DNA of 64,000 nucleotides from Pseudomonadota bacterium (GCA_039030315.1 JBCCEL010000001.1:9714-73713); one strand, 5' to 3'. Positions 52,961 to 63,921 are shown, counted from the stretch's first letter. Made by a program: numbers and translations. The notes: a model not told the origin generated them from the sequence alone.

Positions 52961-53989
52961 ATGAGTGAAACACTCAATCAAATCGCTGAGGCCATGGTAT
53001 CCCCCGGCAAGGGTATCCTGGCTGCCGACGAGAGCACCGGTACGATCAAGAAGCGGTTCGACAGCATTGGCGTGGAATCCACGGCCGACCGCCGCCGCGA
53101 CTACCGCGAGATGCTGTTCCGCGCGGACGCGGCGATGAGAAACCGTATTTCTGGTGTCATTCTGTACGATGAGACACTCCGCCAGAACGCGGCGGACGGC
53201 ACGCCGCTTGTCGATCTGATCAAGGCTTCCGGTACGGTTCCCGGCATCAAGGTGGACACTGGTGCCAAGGATTTGGCCGGCTTTCCCGGTGAAAAAGTAA
53301 CCGAGGGCCTCGACGGACTGCGCGAGCGGCTCAAGGAGTACTACGACATCGGTGCGCGCTTTGCGAAATGGCGTGCGGTGATCACGATCGGCGAGGCAAT
53401 CCCCACTTATGCCTGCGTACACTCAAATGCCCATGCGCTTGCCCGCTACGCTGCTCTTTGCCAGGAACAGAAGATCGTGCCGATCGTGGAGCCGGAGGTG
53501 CTGATGGACAATCCGGGTTCCTCCCATGATATCGCCAGATGTGAGGAGGTGACACGCAAAACGCTGGAAGCGGTGTTCGAGCATCTCGCCGCACACAACG
53601 TGGCGCTCGACGGCATCGTCCTGAAACCCAACATGATCATCTCCGGCAAGGAAGCACCTGTTCAGGCTTCGCCTGATGAAGTTGCTGAACGAACCGTTGC
53701 GGTTCTGAAGGACTGTGTGCCGGGAGAAGTGCCTGGCATTGCCTTCCTGTCCGGCGGTCAGTCCGATACTGCCGCCACCCATCATCTTTCGCTGATGAAC
53801 GCGGCCGGGCCGTTGCCCTGGAAACTCACATTCTCGTACGGCCGGGCGCTCCAGGCTCCCGCGCTGCAGGCATGGGGCGGGAGGCCTGAGAACGTGGCGG
53901 CCGCTCAAGCGGCCTTCAGCCATCGGGCGGAAATGAACGGCCTGGCGGCGATGGGAGAGTGGTCTGAGGGGCTTGAACTGGCCGCCTGA
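52961..53989 (+). CDS. fba: class I fructose-bisphosphate aldolase
   Basis: GKGILAADESTGTIKKRF, LLKPNM-type Schiff-base Lys region (IVLKPNMI), GIAFLSGGQS. ATG 52961 is preceded by GGGAGGA; the track TTG at 52925 is unlikely. Confidence 0.9.
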   Translation: MSETLNQIAEAMVSPGKGILAADESTGTIKKRFDSIGVESTADRRRDYREMLFRADAAMRNRISGVILYDETLRQNAADGTPLVDLIKASGTVPGIKVDTGAKDLAGFPGEKVTEGLDGLRERLKEYYDIGARFAKWRAVITIGEAIPTYACVHSNAHALARYAALCQEQKIVPIVEPEVLMDNPGSSHDIARCEEVTRKTLEAVFEHLAAHNVALDGIVLKPNMIISGKEAPVQASPDEVAERTVAVLKDCVPGEVPGIAFLSGGQSDTAATHHLSLMNAAGPLPWKLTFSYGRALQAPALQAWGGRPENVAAAQAAFSHRAEMNGLAAMGEWSEGLELAA

Positions 53990-54063
53990 CGGGCGACGAT
54001 TCGCGGGACCGGCGCCGTTTGGCGTCCTTGCATTAACCCTCATGATCACAATCCGGGGCTGCC

Positions 54064-54669
54064 ATGGCGCTGCCACACTCACGGCTTTTTCTGAAACTAT
54101 CGAGGCTGCCGGAGACCGGTTCGCCCAGGGACTGCATTGAGGCGGCGCTGCAGGCGGGTGATGTGGCGGCTCTCCTCATTGACGGGCGAGCAAACACGGA
54201 GCTCATGTCGGACGTGGCGGAGTTGGTCTCTATTGCCCAGGATAAGGACGTGGCGGCCCTGATCGCCGAGGATGCGCTGCTGGCCAGACGGTCCGGTGCT
54301 GACGGCGTACAGATTTCGGCGGATCTCGCGGCCTATCAGTCAGTCCGCAAGGATCTGGGTGAGCAGGCGATCGTCGGCGTCGATGCCGGTCGCAGCCGCC
54401 ATGCAGCCATGGAGCTTGCCGAGGCCGGCGCCTCTTACGTCAGCTTTGGGGACGGTTTCGGTGTCGATGAATTGTCCGAGTGGTGGGCCGAGGTCATGGA
54501 AGTCCCGTGTGTTGCGCATGTCGCGGCGACGGAAGAGGCATTGGCCGCCGCCGCCGGTGCTGGTCTTGAGTTCGTTAGCCCGGATGAATCTGTATGGCAT
54601 TCGCCGGACGAGGCAGCTGGCGCTGTCGCGCGTTTCAATGAAATACTAGCAGGAGCCCCCGTGTCATGA
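54064..54669 (+). CDS. ThiE/TenI-family (thiamine-phosphate synthase-like) protein
   Basis: Weak but colinear resemblance: RLFL...AALQAGDVAALLI, ADGVQIS, IVGVDAGRSRHAAMELAEAGASYVSFG. Several ThiE catalytic positions look degenerate. Confidence 0.45.
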   Translation: MALPHSRLFLKLSRLPETGSPRDCIEAALQAGDVAALLIDGRANTELMSDVAELVSIAQDKDVAALIAEDALLARRSGADGVQISADLAAYQSVRKDLGEQAIVGVDAGRSRHAAMELAEAGASYVSFGDGFGVDELSEWWAEVMEVPCVAHVAATEEALAAAAGAGLEFVSPDESVWHSPDEAAGAVARFNEILAGAPVS

Positions 54670-55643
54670 GTAAGCGCGGCGCCGCAGTTTTCTGTTTGAT
54701 CTGGGCATTCACCGCCCTCTGGGCCATGCCTGCGGCCGCCACCTACCAGGAGGCGCTGAAGGCCTATCAGGAGAAAAACTGGCCTGCGGCGTTCGTCGAA
54801 GCCAATCTGCTGGCGCAGCAAGGTAACCCGCGCGGCCAGGCGCTTCTCGCCGCCCTCTATGCTCAGGGACTGGGCGTCAAGCGGGATCTTCGTACGGCAA
54901 TGAAGTGGTATGCGTCAGCCGCGGACCAGGGCCATCCCGGCGCATCGTTTGCTCTTGGGCTGATGTATCTTGACGGCCGGGCCGGAACCCAGGACCTGAA
55001 GAAGGCCCGTGAGCTGTTCGAGAGGGCCGCGGCAAAGGGGCATGCGCCTTCGGCCCACAACATCGGGTTGATCTACGCCGGCGCCGGGGGCGGAGAGCCG
55101 GATTGGAAGCTGGCTGCCAACTGGTTCACCAGGGCTGCGGAAAAGGATTTTCCCGAAGCGCAGTACAATCTGGGAATTCTCTACGCTGATGGTCGCGGCG
55201 TCATCAAGGATATGGTCAAGGCGAGCTTCTGGCTCTCAAAGGCGGCGCTGAAGGGGTTGCGGGATGCTGCGCGCGACTACGGCATCATGATCTTCCGGGG
55301 AGACGGCGTTCAGAAGAACGAGAAAATCGGGGCGCAATGGCTTCTGGTGGCCGCGAACAAGGGCGATGTCGAAGCCCAGAGCCGGGTGGCCAAGCTTTAT
55401 ATGAAAGGTCTCGGTGTGAAGCGGAATGCGGTGGAGGCCGCCCGCTGGCACCTACTTGCCCGCGAATCCGGCATGAAGGACAAGGAACTGGAACTGTTTG
55501 CCCTGCAACTGGAGCGCAAGCAGCTGGCAAGGGCGCAGCGGCTGGCGCTGGACTGGCGCAAGACGACCGGCATCAAGCCCAATGGCGCGCGCAGTTCCAG
55601 TGTTTCCAAGCGTGCCGGCGCCGCGGAGCAGAAATCGCAATAG
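54666..55643 (+). CDS. Sel1-repeat (TPR-like) secreted protein
   Basis: Signal peptide AVFCLIWAFTALWAMPAAA. About 7 Sel1 units (GxxxAQxxLGxxYxxGxGVxxDxxxAxxWYxxAA). ATGA overlap with the upstream gene. Confidence 0.85.
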   Translation: MSKRGAAVFCLIWAFTALWAMPAAATYQEALKAYQEKNWPAAFVEANLLAQQGNPRGQALLAALYAQGLGVKRDLRTAMKWYASAADQGHPGASFALGLMYLDGRAGTQDLKKARELFERAAAKGHAPSAHNIGLIYAGAGGGEPDWKLAANWFTRAAEKDFPEAQYNLGILYADGRGVIKDMVKASFWLSKAALKGLRDAARDYGIMIFRGDGVQKNEKIGAQWLLVAANKGDVEAQSRVAKLYMKGLGVKRNAVEAARWHLLARESGMKDKELELFALQLERKQLARAQRLALDWRKTTGIKPNGARSSSVSKRAGAAEQKSQ

Positions 55644-55766
55644 CTCAAGGGTTGACGTTCCCCACGTTCGCCAATAGGTACGGCAGCGAAGAGCCGCCGC
55701 GCGCCAGCGTATGCCAGCGCTGCCGGCCAACTCCCTGAAATTCAGCTTCCAACCATTGGGTCAGCC

Positions 55767-56330
55767 ATGAAAATCAACGGCAATCAGATCAACCCGGGGC
55801 ACGTGCTGCAGCACAAGGATTCCCTTTGGGTTGCGGTAAAGACCGAGCACGTAAAGCCGGGCAAGGGCGGCGCGTTCGCGCAGGTCGAAATGAAAAATGT
55901 GTTCAACGGCTCCAAGCTAAACGAGCGGTTCCGCTCTTCCGAAACCGTCGAGCGCGTCCGCCTTGAGCAGAAGGACCATCAGTATCTCTTTGAAAGCGGA
56001 GAGATGCTCACGTTCATGGACATGGAATCCTACGAGCAGATCGAATTGCAGCGCGAATTCGTCGGGGAGCGCGCCGCTTATCTGCAGGAGGGCATGGAAG
56101 TGACCATCGAAAGCCATGAGGGCCGGCCGATTTCCGTGGCGCTGCCCGATCAGGTGGTCTTCGAGGTGACCGAAACCGAGCCCACCATCAAGGGCCAGAC
56201 GGCGTCCTCTTCCTACAAGCCCGCCATTCTTGACAACGGAACCCGCACCATGGTGCCACCGTTCGTCACCGTCGGTGAGCGGGTTGTGATCGCAACGGAA
56301 GACGGTTCCTACGTGAAACGCGCAGACTAG
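55767..56330 (+). CDS. efp: elongation factor P
   Basis: [17 protein letters not shown] loop. 187 aa with three-domain EF-P colinearity. Confidence 0.95.
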   Translation: MKINGNQINPGHVLQHKDSLWVAVKTEHVKPGKGGAFAQVEMKNVFNGSKLNERFRSSETVERVRLEQKDHQYLFESGEMLTFMDMESYEQIELQREFVGERAAYLQEGMEVTIESHEGRPISVALPDQVVFEVTETEPTIKGQTASSSYKPAILDNGTRTMVPPFVTVGERVVIATEDGSYVKRAD

Positions 56331-56360
56331 CGCCCGACCGCGCGCTGCAGGACAAGATTT

Positions 56361-57155
56361 ATGCCCCGTTCCGCCTTGCTGAATGTCATGGTCTCCGCCG
56401 TCCGTAAGGCGGCCCGCGGTCTTGTCCGCGACTTTGGTGAGGTTGAAGCGCTGCAGGTGTCCCGCAAGGGCCCCGGCGATTTCGTCACCGCAGCCGACCG
56501 CAAGGCCGAGCAGGTACTGATGCGCGAGCTCGAACATGTACGGCCCGGCTACAGCTTCCTGACCGAGGAAACCGGCACGGTCGACGGGCGCGACAAGAGC
56601 CATCGCTGGATTATCGATCCCATCGACGGGACCACCAACTTCATTCACGGGATTCCGGCCTTCTGCGTGTCGCTAGCACTGGAACGCGAGGGCACGCTGG
56701 TTGCCGGGGTGGTGTACAACCCGATTACGGACGAACTCTATGTCGGCGAACGCGGTGCGGGCGCCTATCTGAATGACCGACGCCTGCGGGTTGCGGCCCG
56801 CCGGGACCTGACCGATGCAGTCGTTGCGTGCGGCATTCCCCATAATGGCCGTCCGGACCACCCACAGTTCATTCGCGAGCTGGCGCGCGTTCAGGCACGT
56901 GTGGCCGGCGTGCGGCGGTCAGGATCCGCGGCACTCGATCTCGCCTGGGTCGCTGCGGGACGCTTCGATGCCTACTGGGAACGGGACATAGAACCTTGGG
57001 ACATGGCGGCCGGCATTGTCCTTGTGCGCGAAGCCGGCGGCATGGTCGGTGATATCGATAACAAGCCCGATCCAATGAAGACCGGTCATGTTCTTGTCGC
57101 CAATGAGGATATCTACCGGGCAATGCAGAAAGAGCTGAAAGCTGCGCGATCCTGA
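56361..57155 (+). CDS. suhB: inositol monophosphatase family protein (SuhB)
   Basis: FLTEE, WIIDPIDGTTNFIHG, WDMAAG. Confidence 0.9.
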   Translation: MPRSALLNVMVSAVRKAARGLVRDFGEVEALQVSRKGPGDFVTAADRKAEQVLMRELEHVRPGYSFLTEETGTVDGRDKSHRWIIDPIDGTTNFIHGIPAFCVSLALEREGTLVAGVVYNPITDELYVGERGAGAYLNDRRLRVAARRDLTDAVVACGIPHNGRPDHPQFIRELARVQARVAGVRRSGSAALDLAWVAAGRFDAYWERDIEPWDMAAGIVLVREAGGMVGDIDNKPDPMKTGHVLVANEDIYRAMQKELKAARS

Positions 57156-57282
57156 AACAGGTGCTGCGCTAACCCGGCAGAACCACTGGATTTTCCACAG
57201 ATTTGTTTTGCGATTCGGGCCGCATTGGCTATTTTCGAATCTGGCAGGGGAGGCGGCCCCGTGAGGAGGATATCCTAGATCC

Positions 57283-58419
57283 ATGGCCCGCGATGAAGCA
57301 ATTCAGCGGCTTTCACCGCCGCGCATCTATCTGGTGCGCATGGTCATCTTTCTTATTCTGACGGGATTTGTCGCCGCGATCCTGTATCCGCAGGTGCAGC
57401 AGGCGTTCATGGCCAATCCGGGCCTCAACGGCCTGATCGTCGGAGTTCTGTTTGCGGGATTGATCTATGCGTTCCGGCAGGTGCTGCGGCTGTTTCCGGA
57501 GGTCAACTGGGTCAACAGCTTCCGCGTTGCCCAGTCTGGTGACGAGGTCAAGAAACAGCCGGTTCTGCTGGCGCCCATGGCCTCCATTCTGGGCGGCAAG
57601 CAGGGCCGCATGGTGCTGTCGCCGATGTCCCTGCGTTCACTGCTGGATTCCCTGGCGTCGCGTCTTGATGAGTCCCGGGATCTGGTGCGTTACCTGATCG
57701 GACTCCTGATTTTTCTCGGTCTTCTCGGTACCTTCTGGGGTCTGCTGGACACCGTGAGTTCCGTGTCGACCACCATCCGCTCGCTCGATGTGACCGCAAG
57801 CGAATCCGGTGTGATCTTTGAAGATCTGAAGGCTGGCCTTGAGGCTCCGCTCCAGGGCATGGGCACCGCGTTCTCATCATCGCTGTTCGGACTTGCCGGT
57901 TCGCTTATCCTCGGCTTCCTGGAGTTGCAGGCCGGCCAGGCTCAGAACCGGTTTTACAATGATCTTGAGGACTGGCTTTCTTCGGTCACGGACATTGAAG
58001 CGCGTGACGGCGTCGATCCGACGGTGCCGAATTACCTGAAGCTTGATCTGCGCGATATCCAGAACCGCCTCGACCATGTGAGCGACGTGCTGGACGAGGC
58101 GCTCGTGGCTGAAGATGACGAGGACTATGAGACCGTGCCTCGCCGGCCTGCGAGAGCCGCCGAAGAGGACAACTCGGTCGAAAACCTGGCCGGTGCCGTC
58201 CAGGGCCTCGTTGAGCAGATGCGCGAGGAGCAGAAAGTTGTGCGTGAGTGGGCGCAGTCCCAGGCCGATCAACAGCAGGAAATCCACGAGGTCCTGAACC
58301 GGCTCTCACGCTCCTCTCCTGTCTACGAGATAGATCCGCCGGCGCCAGCGTCCGATGAGCAGCCCGACAGCGAGGTTGATCCGGCGACCGCGGGTACGCA
58401 CCACAAGGCAAGGAGCTAG
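57283..58419 (+). CDS. MotA/TolQ/ExbB-family proton-channel-like membrane protein
   Basis: TM helices with LGLLGTFWGL and GTAFSSSLFGLAGSLILGFL (MotA/ExbB-type plug/pore region). Acidic cytoplasmic tail. Confidence 0.65.
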   Translation: MARDEAIQRLSPPRIYLVRMVIFLILTGFVAAILYPQVQQAFMANPGLNGLIVGVLFAGLIYAFRQVLRLFPEVNWVNSFRVAQSGDEVKKQPVLLAPMASILGGKQGRMVLSPMSLRSLLDSLASRLDESRDLVRYLIGLLIFLGLLGTFWGLLDTVSSVSTTIRSLDVTASESGVIFEDLKAGLEAPLQGMGTAFSSSLFGLAGSLILGFLELQAGQAQNRFYNDLEDWLSSVTDIEARDGVDPTVPNYLKLDLRDIQNRLDHVSDVLDEALVAEDDEDYETVPRRPARAAEEDNSVENLAGAVQGLVEQMREEQKVVREWAQSQADQQQEIHEVLNRLSRSSPVYEIDPPAPASDEQPDSEVDPATAGTHHKARS

Positions 58420-58428
58420 GCGCCGGTC

Positions 58429-59460
58429 ATGGCCCTCGCCCGCCGCAGAGGCAGACAGGACAGTTCAGCTTTCTACTGGCCTGGTTTTGTTGATGCCATG
58501 GCAACGCTCCTGCTTGTCATCATTTTCCTTCTGTCCATATTCATGCTCGCGCAGTTCATGCTGGCGCGCGAGATCACGGGCCAGGGATCGGTACTGAACC
58601 GTTTGCGCTCCCAGATAACCGAATTGACTGAACTGCTGGCGCTGGAAAAGACTGCCGGACTGAACGCGGAAAGTGCCCTCGCGGCCCTGACCGACAAGCT
58701 GAATGACCGTCGCAAGCAGAATCTCAACCTCCTCGGCCAGCTTGAGACAGAATCGAAGAAGGCCAAGGACGGCGCCATAACGATCGAAGCGCTGAAGGGC
58801 GATATCAACGACGAGAAGAAGCTCTCCGCCGAAGCCCTCTCGCGTGTGGAACTGCTGAACCAGCAGATCGCCGCCCTGCGGCGCCAGATGGCCGCGCTCA
58901 ACGAGGCGCTCGGAGCAGCGGAGCAGCGGGATTCAGAAGCAAAGGCCCAGATTGTCGATCTCGGGCGGCGCCTTAACGCGGCTCTGGCCCAGCGGGTCCG
59001 CGAACTTGCGCGCTATCGTTCGGAATTCTTCGGACGCCTGCGCACGATCCTCAATCAGCGTGAAGACATCCGCATTGTCGGCGACCGTTTCGTCTTCCAA
59101 TCCGAGGTGCTGTTTCCGAAGGGCGCCGCCGAGATCAATCCGGAAGGCAGCGCCGAGCTCGAAAAGCTGGCGCTGGCGCTTCTTCAGGTGGCCCAGCAGA
59201 TCCCGACGGACATCAACTGGGTTCTGCGCGTCGATGGTCACACGGACGTTGATCCGATCAACAGCCCGCGCTTCCAGTCCAACTGGGAGTTGTCGGCTGC
59301 CCGCGCCATCGCCGTCGTGAAGCGCCTTGTCCAGCGCGGCGTCCCGCCAGACCGCCTGGTCGCCGCGGGTTTCGGCGAGTTCCAGCCGATTGATCCTGCA
59401 ACAACGGCAGAAGCCAAGGCAAAGAACCGCCGGATCGAGCTGAAGCTCACGGAGAAGTAG
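58429..59460 (+). CDS. MotB-like protein: N-terminal TM, coiled coil, C-terminal OmpA-type peptidoglycan-binding domain
   Basis: YWPGFVDAMATLLLVIIFLL (MotB-type TM with Asp). C-terminal GHTDVDPINSPRFQSNWELSAARAIAVVKRLV...NRRIELKL. Confidence 0.75.
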   Translation: MALARRRGRQDSSAFYWPGFVDAMATLLLVIIFLLSIFMLAQFMLAREITGQGSVLNRLRSQITELTELLALEKTAGLNAESALAALTDKLNDRRKQNLNLLGQLETESKKAKDGAITIEALKGDINDEKKLSAEALSRVELLNQQIAALRRQMAALNEALGAAEQRDSEAKAQIVDLGRRLNAALAQRVRELARYRSEFFGRLRTILNQREDIRIVGDRFVFQSEVLFPKGAAEINPEGSAELEKLALALLQVAQQIPTDINWVLRVDGHTDVDPINSPRFQSNWELSAARAIAVVKRLVQRGVPPDRLVAAGFGEFQPIDPATTAEAKAKNRRIELKLTEK

Positions 59461-59629
59461 GATCGGGCATCTTCGCCCGGGACACGCTTCGGCGGGGATC
59501 ACCACGTGCAACCAGAGACCTCTTTGTTTTTCATCTCTCGGGTGAGCTGGAAACGATAACCAAGAGTCATCGAACGATGCCTGGCACAATGAGGTTCAAC
59601 CTCCAGGCGCCAGATCGCGGGATCGTCGA

Positions 59630-60073
59630 TCAGCCTCCAGGGCCGTCCGCCATGATGAATCGCGTCAAGTCGCTCACGTCGAGTTCCAGTTTTTCGATGA
59701 TTTCCTTGACCACGTCTCCAATGGAGATCACCCCCACGACCCGGCCCGCGTCCATCACTGGCAGATGGCGAAAGCCCCGGGAAGTCATTGCTGCCATGCA
59801 GCCTTCCACTTTGTCGTCCAGCTTGACTGTTACCGGGTCGCCCGTCATCACCTGGCTGACTGGAGTCTCCGTCGCGTCGAGCCCGGGCAGCAGCACTCTT
59901 ATGGCGCAGTCTCCCTGAGTCAGGATTCCGACCAGCACGTCATCGTCGATGACCAGCACCGACCGGACCCGGTTATCGCGCATCTGCCGCAAGGCTTCGA
60001 CGACCATGTCGCTCGAACGAATATAGACCAGGGCGCCGCTCTTCCGGGTCAAAGCATCCTTGACTGTGTTCAT
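59630..60073 (-). CDS. CBS-domain pair protein
   Basis: Two CBS motifs (VRSVLVIDDDVLVGILTQGD; FRHLPVMDAGRVVGVISIGDV). ATG 60073 is preceded by GGGAGAGGA; the track start at 60154 is unlikely. Confidence 0.8.
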   Translation of the reverse strand: MNTVKDALTRKSGALVYIRSSDMVVEALRQMRDNRVRSVLVIDDDVLVGILTQGDCAIRVLLPGLDATETPVSQVMTGDPVTVKLDDKVEGCMAAMTSRGFRHLPVMDAGRVVGVISIGDVVKEIIEKLELDVSDLTRFIMADGPGG

Positions 60074-60379
60074 TGTGATCCTCTCCCGGGCGCTGTACTG
60101 GCCCGCCTGGCTGGAGCGCATCGAACGTTTATCAACTCGTTCAGCATTGACCACAGTCTAGCCTACTAAGCCGCGATTGATCGAGAGGCCTGGTTCCTTC
60201 GATTGGGCGGGCTTATCCATGCCTCAAGAGGTGACATCGGCGGCGTTCACCCAAGATCAGAAGCGGTTCCGATAGCGGCGTTCACTCTGCTCTGCAGTTC
60301 TGTCTTGGAGTCGCCGTTGGCTCAGTGTGCTTGGAGCGTGGGTACCGTCTGATCGCCCGGAGCTTCCGAGCCAGACCAT

Positions 60380-63300
60380 CTACTCCGCCGCCATTGCGGC
60401 CGGAGCGCTTGTGCGGCCCGTCTCATAGGCGGTCATCAACTCAGCCTCGCGCGCCTTCACATCCTGGATGTTTTGCTCCTTGATGTGGCCGTAGCCGCGG
60501 ATGTGTTCGGGGAGGGCGGCGATTTCGGCGGCAAGGTCAATGTTGGAGACGTTGAGTTTGGATGAGAGGGTTTCCACCATCGCCTCATAGTCCCTGATCA
60601 ACTGGCGCTCCTGTTTGCGTTCGGCCGTGTAGCCAAAGACGTCGAACATGCCGCCCCGCAGTGACTTGAACTTTGCAAGCCACTCGAACGCCGTGAGCAT
60701 CCAGGGGCCGAACTCTCTTTTAATCAGCTGTCCTGTTTCCGGGTCCCGGCGGGCAAGGAGCGGCGGAGCCAGATGATACTTGATCGTGTAGTCGCCCTTG
60801 AATTGCTTCTTCACCTGCTCGGCGAAGCTGCCGTCCGAATGGAGCCGCGCGACTTCATACTCGTCCTTGTAAGCCATCAACTTGAATCCATACCGCGCAA
60901 CCGCGGTCGAAAGGACACTGGAGCCCGCCTTGGCCTGCTCTTCGCTCCGGCGAACCTTGTCGACAAGCGCGCGGTAGCGCTCTGCGTAGGCGGCATCCTG
61001 ATAGGCGGTCAGGAACTCCACCCGGCGCGCGACCATCTCGTCCAGGGTCTGGGAGAGATTGTGCGTCTGGGCAATAGCGCTTTCCTTGGCTGTTGCGGAG
61101 CGCTCAATGACCTTTTGCACCGCGCCAAGGTTATGTGCAGCCCGCCGGCCCCATTCGAAGGCCTTCAAATTCATCTCCACCGCCACATTGTTCAGTGTGA
61201 TCGCGCGCTCAATGGCAGCGCGGGAGACCGGTATCAGTCCTTTCTGCCAGGCATAGCCGAGGGTGAAGAGGTTGGAAGCGATACTGTCTCCCATCAGCGC
61301 GGTTGCGATCCTGGTGGAGTTGATGAGGTCCGTCCGGCCCCGGCCCATCCGCGCTTCGATCGAAAGCCGCAACTCATCGCCCGGCAGCTTGTAGTCTGCA
61401 TCATTGGTGAAGAATGCGGGCATGGTCTCATAGTCGTTCACCACAGCGCGCGTCTGGCCCTTGCCTGCGGCTGCGAGGTTGTGTTCCGCCGCAGACGTGA
61501 CGAGATCGCAGCCGAGCAGAAGATCGGCGCCGCCCGCCGAAACGCGAATCGTGGAAATGTCTTCCTGCCGGGCGGCGATCTTCAGATGCGAGACCACGGC
61601 CCCGTTTTTCTGGGAGAGGCCGGCCATGTCGATGATCCCGGCGCCCTTGTCCTCCAGGTTTGCCGCCATGGCGATAATCTGGCCAACCGTCACAACGCCC
61701 GTGCCGCCAATGCCGGTGACCAGGATTGCGTAGGGGGAGGAGAGATCGGGGAGCTCGGGCTCAGGCAGCGCCTCGAACGCCGGCACATCTACGGTCTTTG
61801 CCTTCTGTTCGGTACCGCGGACAAGTTCGCCGCCTTCAACCGTCACGAAGCTTGGACAGAATCCGTTCACACAGGAATAGTCCTTGTTGCAGGACGATTG
61901 ATCGATCCGCCGCTTGCGGCCGAACTCGGTTTCCACCGGCTGGATGGCGACGCAGTTGGATTGCACGCCGCAGTCCCCGCAGCCCTCGCAGACCAGTTCG
62001 TTGATCACCACCCGCTTTGCCGGATCCGGGAACAGGCCCCGCTTGCGCCGGCGGCGCTTCTCCGCGGCGCAGGTCTGGTCATAGATCAGAACCGTCAGGC
62101 CGTCCTCATCCATCAGCTCGCGCTGTACCTTGCCGAGCTCACGCCTGTGATGGATCGATGTGTGCGGTGGAAAGCCGGTGCTGGCCGGATACTTGTCCGG
62201 TTCGTCCGTGACCACGACCACGCGGCGGGCGCCTTCGGCGGCCACCTGGCGGGCAATCTGCGGCACGGTCAGTTCACCGTCGTGGCCCTGGCCGCCGGTC
62301 ATGGCAACAGCGTCGTTGTAGAGAATCTTGTAGGTGATGTTCACACCGGACGCGGCAGCTGCACGGATCGCCAGAGTGCCGGAATGGTTGTAGGTGCCGT
62401 CACCGATGTTCTGGAAGACGTGCTTGCGGGTGGAGAAGGGCGCCTCGCCAATCCAGTTGGCCCCTTCCGCTCCCATGTGCGTAGAGCCCTCTGTCCGCCG
62501 CTCCGGGACAAACTGTGCCATCCAGTGGCAGCCGATGCCGGCATAGGCTCGTCCGCCTTCGGGAACCGTTGTCGAAGAGTTGTGGGGGCAGCCGGCGCAG
62601 AAGTAGGGAATGCGGGTGGCTGCCTCCTGCAGATTTGCGACCGACCGCAGTGCTGACTGCAGCCGGGCGATTTCCTTGGATACCCGGTCGGTCTTTGCCT
62701 GCTTGTTCAGCCGCGCACCGATTGCGATAGCAATTTCGTTCGGATCGAGGGTGCCGTAGGCCCGGAAAAGGGGCAGGCCCTTCTCATCCTTCTTGCCGAT
62801 GATCTCCGGCACCCTGTGGCGTCCGAAGAGCTGCTCCTTGATTTGAGTTTCAATGAGAGACCGTTTTTCTTCGACGACTATGATCAGGTCGAGGCCTTTA
62901 ACGAACTTCTCGATGATATCCGGCTCAAGTGGCCAAACCATTCCGATCTTGAGAAGGCGGAGCCCCAGCTTCGACGCGGCGACTTCGTCGATGTCCAGCT
63001 CTTCCAGAGCCTGACGAACATCAAGGTAGCTCTTACCGGTGGAGACGATGCCGATCTTGGGCGACTTGCCGCCGGAGAGAACGATTTCGTTCAGATTGTT
63101 TGCCCTTGCAAACGCTGTTGCCGCAAATCGCTTATACGTGTGTACCCGTTCCTCCTGCTCATGCCGGTCGTCCCATGGCCGGATGTTCAGGCCGCCTTCG
63201 GGTACTTCGAAGTCGGTTGGCGTCTTGATGTCGATGCGGTCGATGTCGCCATCGACGATTGCCGTGGACTCCACGTTGTCATGCACGCATTTGACGCCCA

Positions 63301-63889
63301 CCCAGCAGCCAGAGTACCGCGAAAGGGCGAAACCCAGAATCCCGTAGTCCAGGATCTCCTGAACGCCCGCCGGGTTGAGGACGGGCATCATCGCGTCCAT
63401 CAGGGCGAACTCGCTCTGGTGGGGAACGGTCGAGCTTTCTGCGGCGTGGTCATCGCCCATCATCACCAGCACGCCGCCCAGCGGAGATGTCCCGGCAGAA
63501 TTGGCGTGGCGGAAAACGTCCCCGCACCGATCAACGCCCGGGCCCTTGCCGTACCAGACCGAGAACACACCGTCATAGGCGCCTTCGCCGCGCATCTGCG
63601 CCTGCTGGGCGCCCCAGACGGCGGTCGCGGCCAGATCCTCGTTGAGGCCCGACTGGAACACCACGTTGTGCTTTTCGATGTGTTTCTGGGCACGCATGAA
63701 CTGCTGGTCGACAGCGCCGAGAGGCGAGCCGCGGTAACCTGTAACGTAGCCCGCTGTATTGTGTCCCGCCCGCCGATCGCGCTCGTGCTGCATCATGGTC
63801 AGGCGCACGATCGCCTGGATGCCGCTCATGAGGACCCGCTTCTTGGAGAGGTCGTATTTGTCGTCGAGCTTGACGTCATGGAGGGTCAT
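60380..63889 (-). CDS. indolepyruvate:ferredoxin oxidoreductase family protein (fused alpha/beta)
   Basis: 1169 aa. N-terminal LSGIQAIVRL..GYRGSPLG. TPP-binding GDGTYNHSG. 4Fe-4S Cys clusters (CEGCGDCGVQSNC; CNKDYSCVNGFCPS). Confidence 0.9.
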   Translation of the reverse strand: MTLHDVKLDDKYDLSKKRVLMSGIQAIVRLTMMQHERDRRAGHNTAGYVTGYRGSPLGAVDQQFMRAQKHIEKHNVVFQSGLNEDLAATAVWGAQQAQMRGEGAYDGVFSVWYGKGPGVDRCGDVFRHANSAGTSPLGGVLVMMGDDHAAESSTVPHQSEFALMDAMMPVLNPAGVQEILDYGILGFALSRYSGCWVGVKCVHDNVESTAIVDGDIDRIDIKTPTDFEVPEGGLNIRPWDDRHEQEERVHTYKRFAATAFARANNLNEIVLSGGKSPKIGIVSTGKSYLDVRQALEELDIDEVAASKLGLRLLKIGMVWPLEPDIIEKFVKGLDLIIVVEEKRSLIETQIKEQLFGRHRVPEIIGKKDEKGLPLFRAYGTLDPNEIAIAIGARLNKQAKTDRVSKEIARLQSALRSVANLQEAATRIPYFCAGCPHNSSTTVPEGGRAYAGIGCHWMAQFVPERRTEGSTHMGAEGANWIGEAPFSTRKHVFQNIGDGTYNHSGTLAIRAAAASGVNITYKILYNDAVAMTGGQGHDGELTVPQIARQVAAEGARRVVVVTDEPDKYPASTGFPPHTSIHHRRELGKVQRELMDEDGLTVLIYDQTCAAEKRRRRKRGLFPDPAKRVVINELVCEGCGDCGVQSNCVAIQPVETEFGRKRRIDQSSCNKDYSCVNGFCPSFVTVEGGELVRGTEQKAKTVDVPAFEALPEPELPDLSSPYAILVTGIGGTGVVTVGQIIAMAANLEDKGAGIIDMAGLSQKNGAVVSHLKIAARQEDISTIRVSAGGADLLLGCDLVTSAAEHNLAAAGKGQTRAVVNDYETMPAFFTNDADYKLPGDELRLSIEARMGRGRTDLINSTRIATALMGDSIASNLFTLGYAWQKGLIPVSRAAIERAITLNNVAVEMNLKAFEWGRRAAHNLGAVQKVIERSATAKESAIAQTHNLSQTLDEMVARRVEFLTAYQDAAYAERYRALVDKVRRSEEQAKAGSSVLSTAVARYGFKLMAYKDEYEVARLHSDGSFAEQVKKQFKGDYTIKYHLAPPLLARRDPETGQLIKREFGPWMLTAFEWLAKFKSLRGGMFDVFGYTAERKQERQLIRDYEAMVETLSSKLNVSNIDLAAEIAALPEHIRGYGHIKEQNIQDVKAREAELMTAYETGRTSAPAAMAAE

Positions 63890-63921
63890 AGAGCGAGCGG
63901 CCTCTCAAACAGAAAGTTCAA

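Noticed and set aside
57283-59460. The MotA-like/MotB-like pair as Zorya (ZorA/ZorB).
   Set aside because: No ZorC/ZorD-type genes follow, and the MotA-like protein lacks the very long ZorA tail. The pair sits in a conserved core context (efp-suhB neighbourhood), so it is more likely a housekeeping stator/Tol-Exb-like envelope system.
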